From NCBI GenBank assembly GCA_049999805.1, contig JBNGIO010006230.1, positions 244,200-284,768 on the forward strand: DNA of 40,569 nt. Reading direction: 5' to 3'. Position 1 is the stretch's first letter, and each line of letters opens with the position of its first letter. Positions 8,948 through 22,700 of this stretch are shown here, piece by piece. The translations under genes were made by a program, and so were the position numbers. Under the pieces are notes generated by a model, which had not been told where the DNA came from, did not search any database, and saw nothing but the letters and a program-made list of their open reading frames with translations. The stretch is from Folioceros fuciformis (taxonomy: Eukaryota).

Positions 8948-11900
8948 TGTGACTACAATGCAGAGTGCGCATAGATTCATAGCGTAGAGCTTAGTACATT
9001 GCAAGATAGCAGCGGCGTACAAGGTCTAAGGTGCTAGATAAGCACCGGTCTGATGGCGTGTAACCGCCACAACCGTTCCTAACCTAACACCTAACCTGCG
9101 GCCTAACTAAAGTTCGAAGTCGTAAAATAATCTAACTTATTTACCCCTTCGTGGGGTATTAGGGTTTGCCCAACACCCCCACTCGACAAGAACTTAACCA
9201 AAAAAAAATGCAGCCCTAACTCCTCCTCTTCGATTTATTCCTCGCTGCCGCTTGTCGAGATGTTGTCCGCCAGGTTACTGCCGCTGCTCATTCTGATCTC
9301 CAACCTCGTCCAATTTGCCCTTGTGTCTGGAGCACAGAAAGCAGCTGCCTGTCGGCCACCATCGTCATGTCTGCACGCTCACCTGCAGAGGTGCGAACTG
9401 GGCACGTGCAACTTTCTTGTGATCTCTGTAGCCACGCATCCTAATCTTGGGTTCGTGTTTGTGTTTTGCAGTTCCAGACTTGCAGACTGACTCGACAGAC
9501 TGACCAGGTGTGTTCTGGACTCAGCTTTCTAACCTAGCCTGCATAAAGTTCTTGACTGCAATTCTGATATCATTTCTAATCTACGCATGTGCCTGGTCTT
9601 CAGGTACCAAGCCCAGGCGCCGACAGTGCTTCATGTGGGGCTCCGCCACCAAGGCCTTTGTGAGAACGTCAGCCTGATTTTCCGACGTGCTGATGTGGTG
9701 CAGCTGAATTTCTCCTCGTGCCACCACTTCTCTGATGAAGTGATGATGCACTTCAATGTGCTTAGCCCTAGAATGGAAGACAGGGTTGTTAGCAAGCGCA
9801 ATTGCGCCCTGGTTGTCACTGCTGCCAAGGAGGCAGTGTGGGATCGCATATGTCTGGAAGATGTGGGACAGCCACAGATGGATTCAGCTTCAGTGCTCGA
9901 TAAACATATGTTCTCGTTCTTCTTACATGACCACGAAATCGGGCCACCTGCAAGCATGAACACGTAAGCCGCCACTGATTTTCTACTGCCTGGGTCTGCT
10001 GCCTAGTCATTGTCACAGAAGCCTTCTAGTTGCATATTATTTGTCTCACACCTCCTGTATGTGATGCAGAAGTCGGCTGTATGCTTGAGATAACGCATCA
10101 TGCGCTTGACCTGGGTCCAGTGGTCTCTACCATATGCCACCAGGAACTATGAAAGAAGATGGATTGGGAATGCAATATCTACCCGAGTTAAACAGGTTAG
10201 GTAAATTAGTGTTCCCAATGCTGCTTTGTACGGGACTGAAGCCATTTCTTGCATCTCCTTAGAACTGTTGGCTGCTTGCTCTTTTGACAGCTTGACACCG
10301 GACGCTAAGGGTGTATTAGACCCATGTGCCTCAGCCAGGTTAAACCTGACCAACATATCATTTATGTATTTCTTCTGTGTCAGCTGCAGGGTTCGTATCA
10401 ATCTGTTCCAAATGATCTCGACACCCAAACACCACTTCAATGGACCAATATCAGTCATCTCAAACTCAGATTTCAATAGTTTCTTCATTGTAGGAAGCAG
10501 GCTTGTCTGTCCAGGGGTGGCAGCGATGATCAAATTATCCACATACACGAGCAACAGAATGTAAGCTCCCTTCCGCCTCAGTATGTACAGGTTGCCATCT
10601 GCATTGCCCTTGCACCTCATAAGAAATGTTTCTAACCTTGTGTGCCACGCACGTGGGCTTTGTTTCAGGCCATACAAAGTTTTATGGAGTTTATAGACAA
10701 GATGCTCGCTACCTCTCTTGACATACCCTTCAGGCTGTGCCATATATATCTCTTCGTCCAAGTTTCCGTTCAAGAATGCCGTGCGAATGTCCATCTGTTC
10801 CAGGTCCAAGTCCTCATGCGCAGCTACTGCCAAGACCAAACGGAGGGTAGGGAACTTCACCATTGGAGCGAAGGTTTCAAAGTAATCCTCGCCCTCTCTC
10901 TCTGAAAACCCTCTTACTACAAGCCTTGCTTTGTGTCGCTCAATGCTTCCGTCTGCATTATACTTGGTCTTAAAGACCCATTAATTACTGATAGCTTTTT
11001 TGCCCTTCGGTAGTTCTTGCAGGGTCCAGGTACCGTTCTTGATAAGGGAACTATACTCGTTCTTGATAAGGGAACTATACTCATCCTCAACCGCCTTTTT
11101 CCAGGAGGCTCCATGGGGTCCACTGTAGGCTTCTTGCATAGTGGCAAGGTCAGATGAATTTGTATTTGCTGCTGCGATAGCATAGACTTGTGTAGCTGTA
11201 AGCGTGTTATCCAGACGGCCTGACTGGACTGTTGCCAACAATGTCTGAAGGGCTAGTGGAGTCTCGTCTTCATCAGTTGACGTGTCCACGCTGTCACCAT
11301 CATTGTCCCCCACTGGAGGTACAGTCACCACCGTCCCTGTGGCGAAGTCTGTATGACTGTGCCGGCCCATCCACTGTTCAGACTGATAGGGAACAGGTGG
11401 AGCTCGGGTCCTTCCTGACCTCCATGGCATTACGACAGGTGCTGCAGGTACTTCCGCTTCCGGGACAGATTCTCCCACAAATGCGTCACCTCCTGAATAA
11501 TCATCTAACACCTGCTCAGGTACATACGCTCCCTCGTCAGCCAAGGCATCCTCATTGAGGTCAAACGAGGCCTCCTCGTCATGAGTCATGCCATGCTCCG
11601 ACTGGTCAAACATAGCAGGTTCTAATGCAGATTCTGGTGCTGCTGCAGGTATTGCTATCGTATCCTCCCCTTGAGCATGAGGGGCAAGCATACCAAATGA
11701 TGGCTCCAGTAGAGAGGCTTCATCAAATACCACACTGCGAGCATACTCCACTTGTTTAGTAAGTGGATCAAAAAGTTTGTATGCCTTGATCCCGTCAGTA
11801 TAGCCAATGAACACTCGTTTCACTGCTCGATCTGATAGTTTAGCATGCTACCTCTTTTGCTTAGGGACGTGGGCATAGGCGGGGGACCCAAACACTCGAA

Positions 11901-14900
11901 GGTGCTGAATGGAAGGCACCTTGCCACACCAGAGTTCATACGGGGTCCGTCCCTGCACAGCACTCGAAGGAAGTCGATTATGAAGGTATGTTGCTGTGCT
12001 TACGGCCTCACCCTAATAGGCCAGAGGCAATTTTGCCTGTTTTAACAGTGCTCTTGTGATGTCATGTGCAGAACTGTTCCAGCGCTCAGCAACCCCATTT
12101 TGTGACGAACTGTAGGGAACAGTAAATTGCCTTGCAATACCAAGAGATTGACAATGTGCATGAAAGGCATCGGAGTCGAACTCCCCTCCATTATCAGTAT
12201 GAAGGCACAAGATTTTGACTCCCAACTGCCTTTCAACCAACGCCTGGTAATGTTTAAAACTGTCAAATGCCTCACTTTTGTTCCGTAGGACATAGACATG
12301 TGCATACCTGCTGTAATCGTCGATGAACGATAGGAAATACTTGCCTCCACCGAAAGACTCCTTGGACACTGGACCACAGAGGTCAGCATGAACCAATTGT
12401 AGTAGTCCTGTGGCACGAGTGCCCCCACCTTTTGGGAATGCTGTAACGTGATGCTTCGCATATGTGCAGGCCTCACAAAAAGGGAGTTTTCTCAAATTCT
12501 TGGGCAACCCATCAGCCTACAGGTCAGTCTTCTCCATAGCAGAGAGCTTTGTGGCATTAGGATGTCCTAATTGCATATGCCAGATGTGCGTTACTCCTGC
12601 ACTGTCTACTGCTGGACTGATTCCAGCTACCTGTGCAGATGGTATTTGTACACTTCGTGCATCCAATAGGAACAGATCGTTCACCAGACTTCCAACTGCC
12701 AGAATCTTTCCTGACCGACTTACAGTGCACATTCCCCGTTTGAAGACTACTTCAACGAAAACATCCTTTGTGATCTGATGCATGGACAGTAGGTTCTTTG
12801 TGATAAAGGGCACATGTAGGACTCCAGAAAGTGTAAGGGTAGCTCCACTTTTGAGAGTTAGAGTAACCTCCCCTACTCCCTTTATCTCCAGCTGGCTATT
12901 GTCGCCCAGAAGGACCTTCTGTTTCGTAGTGTCTGGTATATAGTTGGTGAAAGCTGACCTGTCACAGCAGATATGGGACGTAGCCCCTGAGTCTATGTAC
13001 CAGCTGCCTTCGCATGCACTGGAAGCACTCAGGCAGACTGTAAGGGCCTGGTGGGCAAAGCGATGTCTTTGGAGCTTGCTAGGTTCGATGCAACACTCCG
13101 ACGATGGTGCAACTCTCAGAGATTCCTGCCTAGGAGGAGAACAAACCACCAGGACTGAGGGCGACATCTTCTCCTTCTTGGCCACAGAGTGCGCCTCAGG
13201 TAATGGGACTCGCCTCGGTTCCCCGTTTTTCTTCTTCCTGCAGTCTCTTTCCCAATGATTGGGAAGTCCGCACCAATTGCAATATCCGACTCTTTTCTTA
13301 GCTCCTGACCCTTCACCAGGTCCACTAGAGGCTGTCCAGTTGCTCTTGATGGCTGGCTTGCTGCCTTGTGGCAGTCTAGGTCTACGTGGCCCCTTGGGCC
13401 TAGCTATGAAGAGTGCCTGATTTCTTGGAGGTTTAGCAGTATGTCTCGTCATCTCCTCCTGGAGGAGGCCTCCCACAAGCTCATTAAACTCAAGTGCAGG
13501 CACCTGATTTTCAATTATATTTGCTACCAGGGCCAACTGTCTGGCCATGCGCAACACAACATTTTGACTGGACACGAAGTGTGAGTAACTAGGGGGTAAG
13601 GCTGCCAGGAACCTCACACATGCATCTTGTTCATTTATCCGTGCTCCAGTCTGCTCTAATTTCAGTCTTGCATTTTTGAACTGTGTTACAAACTGATCAA
13701 TAGGCTCACCTTCCCGCATCTTGAGTGAGTGAAATTTTGTTTGGGCAGCCATCCTGGTCATCATGTCCTTTGCATGGTAGACCATGGCCAGGTGGTCCCA
13801 CATTTCTTTTGACGTCTTTGCATCTATGACACTCAGGGCCATTTGCTCACTAAAGCCAATGCGGATAATTCCTTGTGCTCTCTCATCCAGCTGGTCCCAA
13901 CGAAGTTGTTCAGGTGATGTGGATCTAAAGCTGAGGATATCATCATCAGGTCTTGGAATATCTCCACTAACGTGTCCCCACACACCAGCCTCCCGGAGGA
14001 AGCCTCGCATCCGCATCACCCAGACATCATAGTTCGTGCCGCTGATAAGACGATTTTTGTCCTTGAAATCGATCTTAACAGCAAGGAGACGCTCAAAGAT
14101 AAGTCTATCCTACCGCTCCTTCTCTTCCCTCTCTTTCCTTTCGTCCTCTAAATCAGCTTTAAATTTATCCTGTCTCTCTTTGTCTTTTCTAGCTCGCTCA
14201 CAATTAGCATCGTGCCCCATTTTAGGATGATCAACGACCTCTTGAAAGAGGTTCCTCAAGCTTGCAAGAACCTGTACACTGGGAAATCATTGGGCGAGAA
14301 GTGCCCTTGCGTCCTAGCTTTGCATTGATCAGGACAAACGTATCTTCTTCCTCGGCGCTACCTTCCAAACCGACCACGACGCGGCTCCATGCTCAGCAGG
14401 TAGGACTATGCTCTGGCAGTATTCCTGCCTTCCAAACAACTGGCTGCCTCATGGTTGTTGCTCCTGCAACTAGCGCAATGCCCCACGGACCAAGCTTTGC
14501 TGTGCGCAGGTGTTTAAGATCAACGGAGTGCAAGTCTTGCCCGCTTGCACACCGGAAAAACACCAGCGCATGGGCCACCGGGCCAGAGCTTCTTCTCTCG
14601 CAAGCATGCCCTAGATTGCCCGCTGAATCAGAAATGTGAGCTCCTGATCCATGAACTGGGAGAGGTAGTTCATCCACCAAATTGTATGCTCAAGGTGTCG
14701 CCGCATCGATGCGCACGTGAATTGGAAGATGGCTCTAATACCATGTGACTAAAATGGAGAGTGGGCATAGATTCATAGCGTAGAGCTTAGTACATTGCAA
14801 GATAGCAGCGGCGTACAAGGTCTAAGGTGCTAGATAAGCACCGGTCTGATGGCGTGTAACCGCCACAATTGTTCCTAACCTAACACCTAACCTGCGGTCT

Positions 14901-14971
14901 AACTAAAGTTCAAAGTCGTAAAATAATCTAACCTATTTACCCCTTCGTGGGGTATTAGGGTTTGTCCAACA
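8948..14971 (-). mobile_element. Ty1/copia LTR retrotransposon C nested in inverted orientation in the 5' leader of B
   Basis: 228 bp TG..CA LTRs 8948-9175 and 14744-14971; TSD GCAAC (8943-8947, 14972-14976); PBS (minus TGGTATTAGAGC) 14732-14743; PPT (minus GAGTGGGGG) 9176-9184. Confidence 0.96.
9590..14220 (-). pseudogene. Copia C gag-pol (gag, protease, integrase, RT, RNase H), disrupted
   Basis: CNWCGLPNHWERDC knuckle, WYIDSGATSH, LVHADLCGP, HTDNGGEF, QNGVAERWN, QMDIRTAFLNG, LYGLKQSPRAW, LLVYVDNL; several stops and frameshifts. Confidence 0.93.
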
Positions 14972-15135
14972 GCAACTTGTGCAGGATAGAAAATTTTGCA
15001 TCAAGCACGACTTCATGATGAAGACTCATCAATCTTAGAATTGGAGCAAATTCTAACCTGCACAAATGACTATAGTCAGCCCATTACATTACCCACTCAG
15101 TAAAATTGCCTGTAGTTTTTAGGTAGAAGCACATT

Positions 15136-18100
15136 ATGGCAAGCATACCCTGGCCAGATAATATTCGTCTCATGTTCAAAGCTTTTCACGGCAGCAACTA
15201 CTCAACATGGAAAACCAAGATGCAACTTCTTCTACGAAAAGAAAACGTATGGACCATTGTGGAGGGGACAGAACTCGTACCGCTACGGGGACCAGCGACC
15301 CCTGGTGGTATGCAGCCACCTGCTCTCCCTCTAACTGGACCAGGTAGTGTTGCAGACTGGGAAGAGCGTGACTTAAATGCTCTCACCCTGATCTCCTTCT
15401 ATGTGGAAGATTCACACAGTCAATACTTGGATGAGTGCACCACATCACATGCTGCTTGGCTAGCTCTACGTCAATTATGTGAGACTCATGACTCATCTAC
15501 TAGGCTATACCTACGTTGTCATTTCTACCAGATCAAAATGCAGGAAAATGAAGCAATTTCAACATTTCTTTTGAGATTCAAAGAGTCCCTATCACAATTG
15601 GCAGCATCTGGAGTTAAAATAGATGAGGACAACAGAGTAGAAACATTGTTGTCCAATATGCCAGAAAGCAATGATACAGCCGTCATAAATATAGGAGCGA
15701 GACCTACCCTGACTGTAGAAGAGGTGGGAGGTCTCTTATTAAGGGAAGAGTATAGACGCTTAGGAAAGTCAAGTGCCCTTAGTGGTAGTTCCTCATCTAC
15801 AGCTTTGTATGCCAGCCGTAGACCCTTTCCTAGGAACAAGCCCTTCCCTAGACCATCCTATGATCATGCTGGAACATCCAGCAAGCCCTCGGATATATCA
15901 GAAACCTCAGCAAAGAAAGGTAAATGCAACTATTGTAAATTACCTGGTCACTATACCCGAGAGTGCAGGAAGAAAAAGTCAGATGAAGCCTCCAAGTCCC
16001 GCATTGGAGTGCATTCAGCCATAGCCTTCATGGCTAGTGAGACTCCTAGTCTCTCCCAACCTGATGTGTGGATCCTAGATTCAGGAGCTACCAGACACAT
16101 GACACCCAACCACTCATGGTTTCGGTCGTATGAGCCCCTCTCTACAGGTGAAAAAGTCTACCTTGGTGCTGACACCCAAGTTCCCATTGTGGGGAGAGGT
16201 ACAATTCCTATCACTTTCCATGATGGATCCGAGAGGCTTATTATAGATGTCCTACATGTTCCCGGGTTGAAGCGAAATTTACTCTCCGTAGGTCGTATCA
16301 CAGATGCTGGTTACAATCTACAATTGCATAGAACTAACTTCACCATACAAGATCCACGAGGTGAATTGGCTCTTACAGGTGAGAAACAAGGTGACTTCTA
16401 TGTGCTTAGCGGTGCTCCAGGCGGTTCTTCCCCTTTGAACTTTGGCTTCACCCCTGCAGCATTAAAAGCCACAGTCAGTAATCCCCTCACCTCTCTTGAC
16501 TTGTGGCATCGAAGGTTAGGCCATGTGAGTCCTAACAAACTGCAAGACATGCTTTCCAAGCAGGCAGTTATTGGACTCATTGTCAATCCTCGTGATGCTC
16601 CTAGTTTTTGTGAAGGCTGCGTGCATGGCAAGCATCAACGCCGCCTGTTTCCCGAAACTGGAGAACGCAGGGCCACCAAGGTGTTAAAGGTCATACACAG
16701 TGATCTTTGTGGTCCTTTCCAAACTCAATCTATAGGTGGCAAGACCTGGCTTCTCACCTTCATTGATGACTACACGAGGCATGTTACTGTCTATTTTTTA
16801 CGCCACAAGAGTGATGTCCTGGATGCTCTTAAGTCCTATCGCACCCACGTAGAAACACAACATGGGCAAAAGATTCACCTCCTTCGCACCGACAATGGCA
16901 CAGAGTATTGCAATCATGCATTCTAGGACTATTGCTCAAGGTCGGGTATCCAGAGACAACTTACTATACCGTATACACCTAAGCAAAATGGGGTCAGTGA
17001 ACGCCTCAATCGCATGCTTGTGGAGGCCGCTCGTACAATGCTTAAGGCAGCCGGCCTTCCCAATACCCTTTTGGGCGGAGGCCATCTCCACTGCTGCCTA
17101 CTTGCACAATCGTGTACTAACCAGTGCTGTCCCCAACATCACTCCAGAGGAGGCTTGGACGGGTCGTAAGCCTTCTATCTCTCATCTACGGACCTTTGGC
17201 TGCTACTAGCAGCCTACGCACACATTCCCAAGGATTTGCGCCGCAAACTCGATTCCAAGGCCCTCACCTGTGTGTTGGTAGGCTACAGTCTAGAATCGAA
17301 GGCCAATCGCCTCTATGATCTTGCAGCCCGTAAGATCATTGTGGCCAGAGATGTGGTCTTTGATGAATCTCATTTCTATGGCAGCCCAGTGCCAGTGGGA
17401 GCTCTCCCCTCTCGCACCATAAGCCCTCCATACCCTGGCGGTGGTGATCTTTTGGAATATCCTCTGCTGGAGGAGCGCTCTCCCGCGGTGCTGCCGGCAC
17501 ATGTGATTCCTGCGGTTGTCCCTGCCCCTGAAGTGCCCCCTCCTGTCCTGCCAACCCCGGTGGTGCAAACCCCAGGCTTGCTGCCTGCGCTCCTTCCTAC
17601 TCCAACTACCCCTTCCCGAGGTACCCCTATTTCTCCCTCCTTTCCTGCCTCTTCCTCAGATATTGAGGACTATGGTGGGGCTTGGCCTCTCTCCCCTACT
17701 AGTGCCGCGCCTGTGGTGCTTCCTTCTGGACTCTCGTTCCGCCCCGATCGCCCTGTTCTTGGGTCGCCTAGTCTTGTGCCTCCCCAATCTGGTGGGGACG
17801 TGGTGAAAAGATTGTTGGTGCCACAAGCAGAAGCATCCCAATCTCGGCTACACTCCAGGGCAAGTAGGAAGTTAAAACCTAAACGTGACCCCGACTTTTC
17901 ATACCTTTCTTATTTAGCAGATTATGAAGAAACTCCTCTGAAAGCATCGGAGGCTCATGAGCCTGTGACCATGAGAGAGGCATTGTCTGGCCCCACGTCA
18001 AAACAGTGGGAGCAAGCCATACAGACAGAGTATGATTCCCTCATACAGAATGGTACTGGGGAATTAGTTGATCTCCCACCAGGTAGAAAACCCATTACCT

Positions 18101-19561
18101 GCAAATGGGTGTTCAAGCATAAACGTGATTCATCTGGACAGATTAGTCGCTATAAGGCTAGACTTGTAGCCAAGGGCTATAGCCAGGTTCAAGGCTTAGA
18201 TTATGAGGACACTTTCTCGCCAGTCATGTGGCTGGCAACTGTGCGTGTCCTATTGTCCTTGGCCACCATGCTAGATATGGAAGTCTACTAGCTAGATGTA
18301 AAAACTGCATTTTTGCATGGTCATCTAGAGGAAGAANNNNNNNNNNTTTTGCATGGTCATCTAGAGGAAGAAATCTACATGATGCAGCCCGAACGTTACA
18401 CTTCACCAGGTACTGCTAACAAAGTATGTAGGTTAAAGAAATCCATCTACGGCTTGAAGCAAGCCCCAAGGTCTTGGAATGCCAGGATCAATGAGTACTT
18501 GCTCAGACACGGGTTTGACAAAAGCTCTGTAGATTCCTCCTTGTACATCAAGCATGAGAATGGTGAATTCATAGCTCTAGGTCTTTGGGTTGATGACACC
18601 ATCCTAGTCATTAAGGATCTTGATTTGCTAGCTCATACCAAGGCACTCCTTCAAGCAGAATTTGACATGACGGATGTTGGAGCTATTGAGTTTTTCCTAG
18701 GCATATAGGTTCTTCGTAACCGCGCTAACAGAACTATGTTTCTAACTCAAAAGCAGTACATTCATTCTGTGTTAGAGAGATTTAACATGTCAAATTGCAA
18801 TAGTGTGAGCACACCATTGGAGGCCAACAAGAAGCTGACGAAGGCAGACTCTCCCCAGACCGACGAAGAAAAATCGGCTGTGTCTGGTTTTCCTTACCAA
18901 CCAGTCATAGGTTCAATCATGTATGCTACTGTGTGGACTCGTGCTGATCTTTCCTTTACATCTGGCACATTGTCTCAGTTCTCCTCTAACCCAGGGGACG
19001 ATCATTGCCAGTCAGCCAAGCGGACGCTACGATACATGAAGGAAATTGCTGATCATGGACTAAAGTATGGAGGTTTGTGGTCTCACTCTCACTGGCTTTT
19101 GTGATTCTGATTTATGGCAGTGACCAAGACTCTAGAAAGTCCACCATGGGCTACGTACCCATGCTTGGTGGTGGAGCTGTCGCCTAGTCAAGCAAAAGGC
19201 AAGCCACTATTGCTCAATCGAGCACGGAGACTGAGTATATTGCAGCAATAGAAATGGCCAAGGAGTGCGTTTATATCCGAAGACTTCTTGTAGATTTACA
19301 ACAACCTCAACCGGTCTGACTGTGATCTATTGTGACAATCAAGCGTGCACAGCCTTGTCGAAAGACCCAAGATACCACGGGCGAATGAAGCACATACAAA
19401 TCCGATACCACTTTATCCAAGAGATGGTGGCAGCAAGAGAAATCACTCTCGCATTTTGTCGCTCTGAGCAAAATTTGGCAGATGTTTTGACGAAGTCTCT
19501 ACCCAAGGAGCAGCATCAGAGATGCATTACAGGATTGGGAGTGACCAAGCCAGTTGTCTAG
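15136..19561 (+). pseudogene. Copia B gag-pol, disrupted
   Basis: FHGSNYSTWKTKM, CNYCKLPGHYTREC, WILDSGATRH, IHSDLCGP, RTDNGTEY, YKARLVAKGYSQ, LWVDD, YCDNQ..KHIQIRYHF; TAG stops at 16924, 18289, 18706; frameshifts; N-gap at ~18337-18346. Confidence 0.93.
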
Positions 19562-19771
19562 TGGGAGTGTTAGCATAATCTAGTTAAAACAGCGCTTAAG
19601 CATCGATCCCTAGCAATAGCTCCCATTGGTAGATTGCGAAGAGTCACGACGTTCAGATCGCAACGTTCAGCACTCATGCCTCCAAAGGGCAGACCGTGTA
19701 TGCGCTGTGAGTGCAGTAATGAAAATCTATTGTCTTTCTTAGTTCCTGTGCTCGTGCGTAGGAGAACAACA

Positions 19772-22700
19772 TGGTGCCGCATCCCCGGGCATTACGAGAG
19801 CGAGTGTAGGAAAAAGCTTGTAGGCGAACCTCGTCGCGATTCACCATGCAACAAGTTTTATTACACAAGCATGAAGTCAGTTCCTTCCACTTCCATTTTG
19901 GCAGTTTGCCTAACGCTTACTCGCACAGATGAAAACATATGGTTTCTCGATTCGGGCGCAACAACACACATTTGCAGCAGCAAAGCAGCTTTTGAATCTT
20001 ACCATGAATCACCAGCAGATCAGCATGTTCTTCTCGGAGACGACAGTGCTTTGTCAATTGCTGGAATTGGCAATGTTTCTATGCAACTGTCCGATGGAGA
20101 GAGCCTCCTTATCACTGACGTCCTGCATGTACCCCATATGACCAAAAACTTGCTTTCTGTTAGAAAACTTGCAACTGAACACAATTTGGTCATTACCTTT
20201 CAGGGCAACCACTGTCTTATCCACAGATTCAATGACCCTTCTAAGATCATCCTTGCCCATGGCCTTCCTTTCAATGATCTATATCTCTTGAACATCCAAT
20301 CCACCTCTCTCCTTGTAGATGCGCAGAAACCAACTTCTAAAACCTTCTCCAAGTCAGATTCCCTTCTTTGGCACTGTCGTGTTGAACACATGAGCATGCG
20401 TTACCTCAACTCACTTTCAGACCCTGCCATGTATCGAGATGCTATATCAGCCAAGATGTCTCCTGATCTTTATTGCAAAATTTGCCAATACACAAAGTTG
20501 AACCAATTACCATTTAATGACCCCTTACCTACCAGAGCCCAACGGTTGCTTGAGGTTATTCACTCCGATATCTGTGGGCCAATGAGCACCACATCCTTCG
20601 GAGGTCACTCTTATTTTCTCACATTCTTGGACGAATGGAGCTGTTATTGTAACATATAATTTCTCAAGCATAAGGATGAAGCACTCTAGTGTTTCCAAGA
20701 GTTTGTTGTTTCGGCAGAATGCCACGCCGGACTCCATGTATGTACTCTCCGTACTGACAACGCTGGAGAGTATATCAGTCACTCCTTCCAGGCCTACTGC
20801 ACAGCCAAAGGCATTACTCGACAACTTACAGTACCCTATACACCGGCCCAGAACCCTTTTGCAGAACGACTAAACAAATCATTACTTGCGATTTCCCGGT
20901 CACTTCTTAAACTTTCAGGACTTACCATAGGCTATTGGGCCGAAGCAGTCTCTACCTCTAATTATATCAAGAATCGGCTCCCAACTAAGGAACTTCCCAC
21001 AGTAACGCCCTATGAACGCTGGACGGGGCAGAAACCCCGCATTGCTCATCTTCGAATTTTCGGCAATCCAGCGTTTGCACATATTCCTGATGCCCTGCAT
21101 CACAAATGGGACGACAAAAGTAATAAGCTGTTATTTGTTGGCTACTCTGACCAATCCAAGGCCTACCGTCTTATCGACCCTTCTACACGTCAGGTTACCC
21201 TTTCAAGTAGCGTTCACTTTCATGAAACCGTTTTACTTGATACTTACCTTAGTTCCGTGTCCACCTCTACTTCACTTCCTGCCCCTAGTCCTTACGGATA
21301 TTCTCCTTCTTCCCTCCCTGACCTTGAGGGGAAGATATCTACACCTACAGGCTATGAGCTTGTGAACATACAAGGTCAGGCAGGTCAGATGGCTCATCCT
21401 TCTGCACCACCCGTTGTGCCCTCAGTTCCTACATTACCACTCACACCGCAAGGTCAGCCAGATTCATCCCCTTCTGAGTTGGTAACCCCTCTCTCTTCTC
21501 AACCACTTCCTGACCTACCTGATACCATCAACCCTACTCCTCCTGTCAAACCCGTTTCGGGGCGGTCTACCCGTTCTCGTCCTGCTCGTTCCAGCCGGAA
21601 GGATATCTATCACTGGCTCGAAGACTCAATTATTGGCAAAGCTCCCGCTCTCACTGCCCTAACTCCAGCTCCAGAAGATGTGCAATAGCAGCATACTCAC
21701 CAAGTTAATGTGGCCCTACACCAAGGTATGTTAGCTATTGAAATGAAGGACATTCCTTAGTCAATTGAAGAAGCTTTCAAGTCCCTTGAGTGGACTATTG
21801 CAGCTAAGTCAGAGTATGACTCTTTAATCGCCAACAAAACATGGGTACTTACGGACTTACCACACGGACGTAAACCCATCTCCTGTAAGTGGACATTCAG
21901 CAGAAAGCTGAATCCAAATGGCACTGTTTCTAGGTATAAAGCCAGGCTCGTGGCCAGAGGCTTTAGCCAGGTCCCAGGCTTCGATTATGAAGAAAATAGG
22001 CTTTACAGCCCCGTTGTTAAGTCAACATCCATCCGGATACTTTTGGCCTTCGCAGCTCATCACCATCTGGACATTCATCAGGTTGTTATTAAAACAACAT
22101 TTCTTTATGGCACACTCAATGAAGATATTTATATGCTGCAACCTCCTGGCTACGTCAAGGACAATAAAAAGGTGTGCAAATTCTTAAAGTCCATTTACAG
22201 ACTAAAACAATCTTCTCAGGTATGGAACGAAACTTTAGACCTGTACCTAAAAAAGTCAGGGTTCTCACCTTTGACAGCGGACCCTAGCATCTACCTTCTG
22301 AGGCAGAGAGAACATTTCGTAGTCATCACCCTATACGTGAACGATAACTTTATCTTTGGCAGCTGTTCTCAAATCATCTAGTACGTCAAAGATCTCCTAG
22401 CAAAAGAATATGACATTGTAGACGTTGGTCCCCTTAAGTACGCCTTAGGCATCTAGTTTGAAAGAAACCCAGATGACCATTCTTTTTTCATCCATCAGCA
22501 GCATTATGTAGACCAGCTGTTGGAAAGATTCAACCTCAAAGATGCAAGACCCGTTTGTACACCCATAGCATTAGGCGAGAAAGTGTCGGCAGAGGATAGT
22601 CCAATCGCACTTGAAGAAGTAAAAGAAATGGAGTCCATACCTTACAATGAAGCAGTCGGTAGTCTTTTGTATTTAGCTATATGGACACGCCCTGATATTT

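Larger units (their letters stand above)
8589..19771 (+). mobile_element. Ty1/copia LTR retrotransposon B nested in gag of A
   Basis: 204 bp TG..CA LTRs 8589-8792 and 19568-19771; TSD TGGTG (8584-8588, 19772-19776); PBS TGGTATCAGAGC at 8793. Removing B restores A's CNWCRIPGHYESEC knuckle. Confidence 0.96.

Noticed and set aside
18311-18372. Duplicated TTTTGCATGGTCATCTAGAGGAAGAA in the RT of B
   Set aside because: Flanks an N-gap; typical unmerged contig overlap.
19772-19776. Second PBS after the 3' LTR of B (tandem element)
   Set aside because: TGGTG is the target-site duplication; the sequence continues as A's zinc knuckle.
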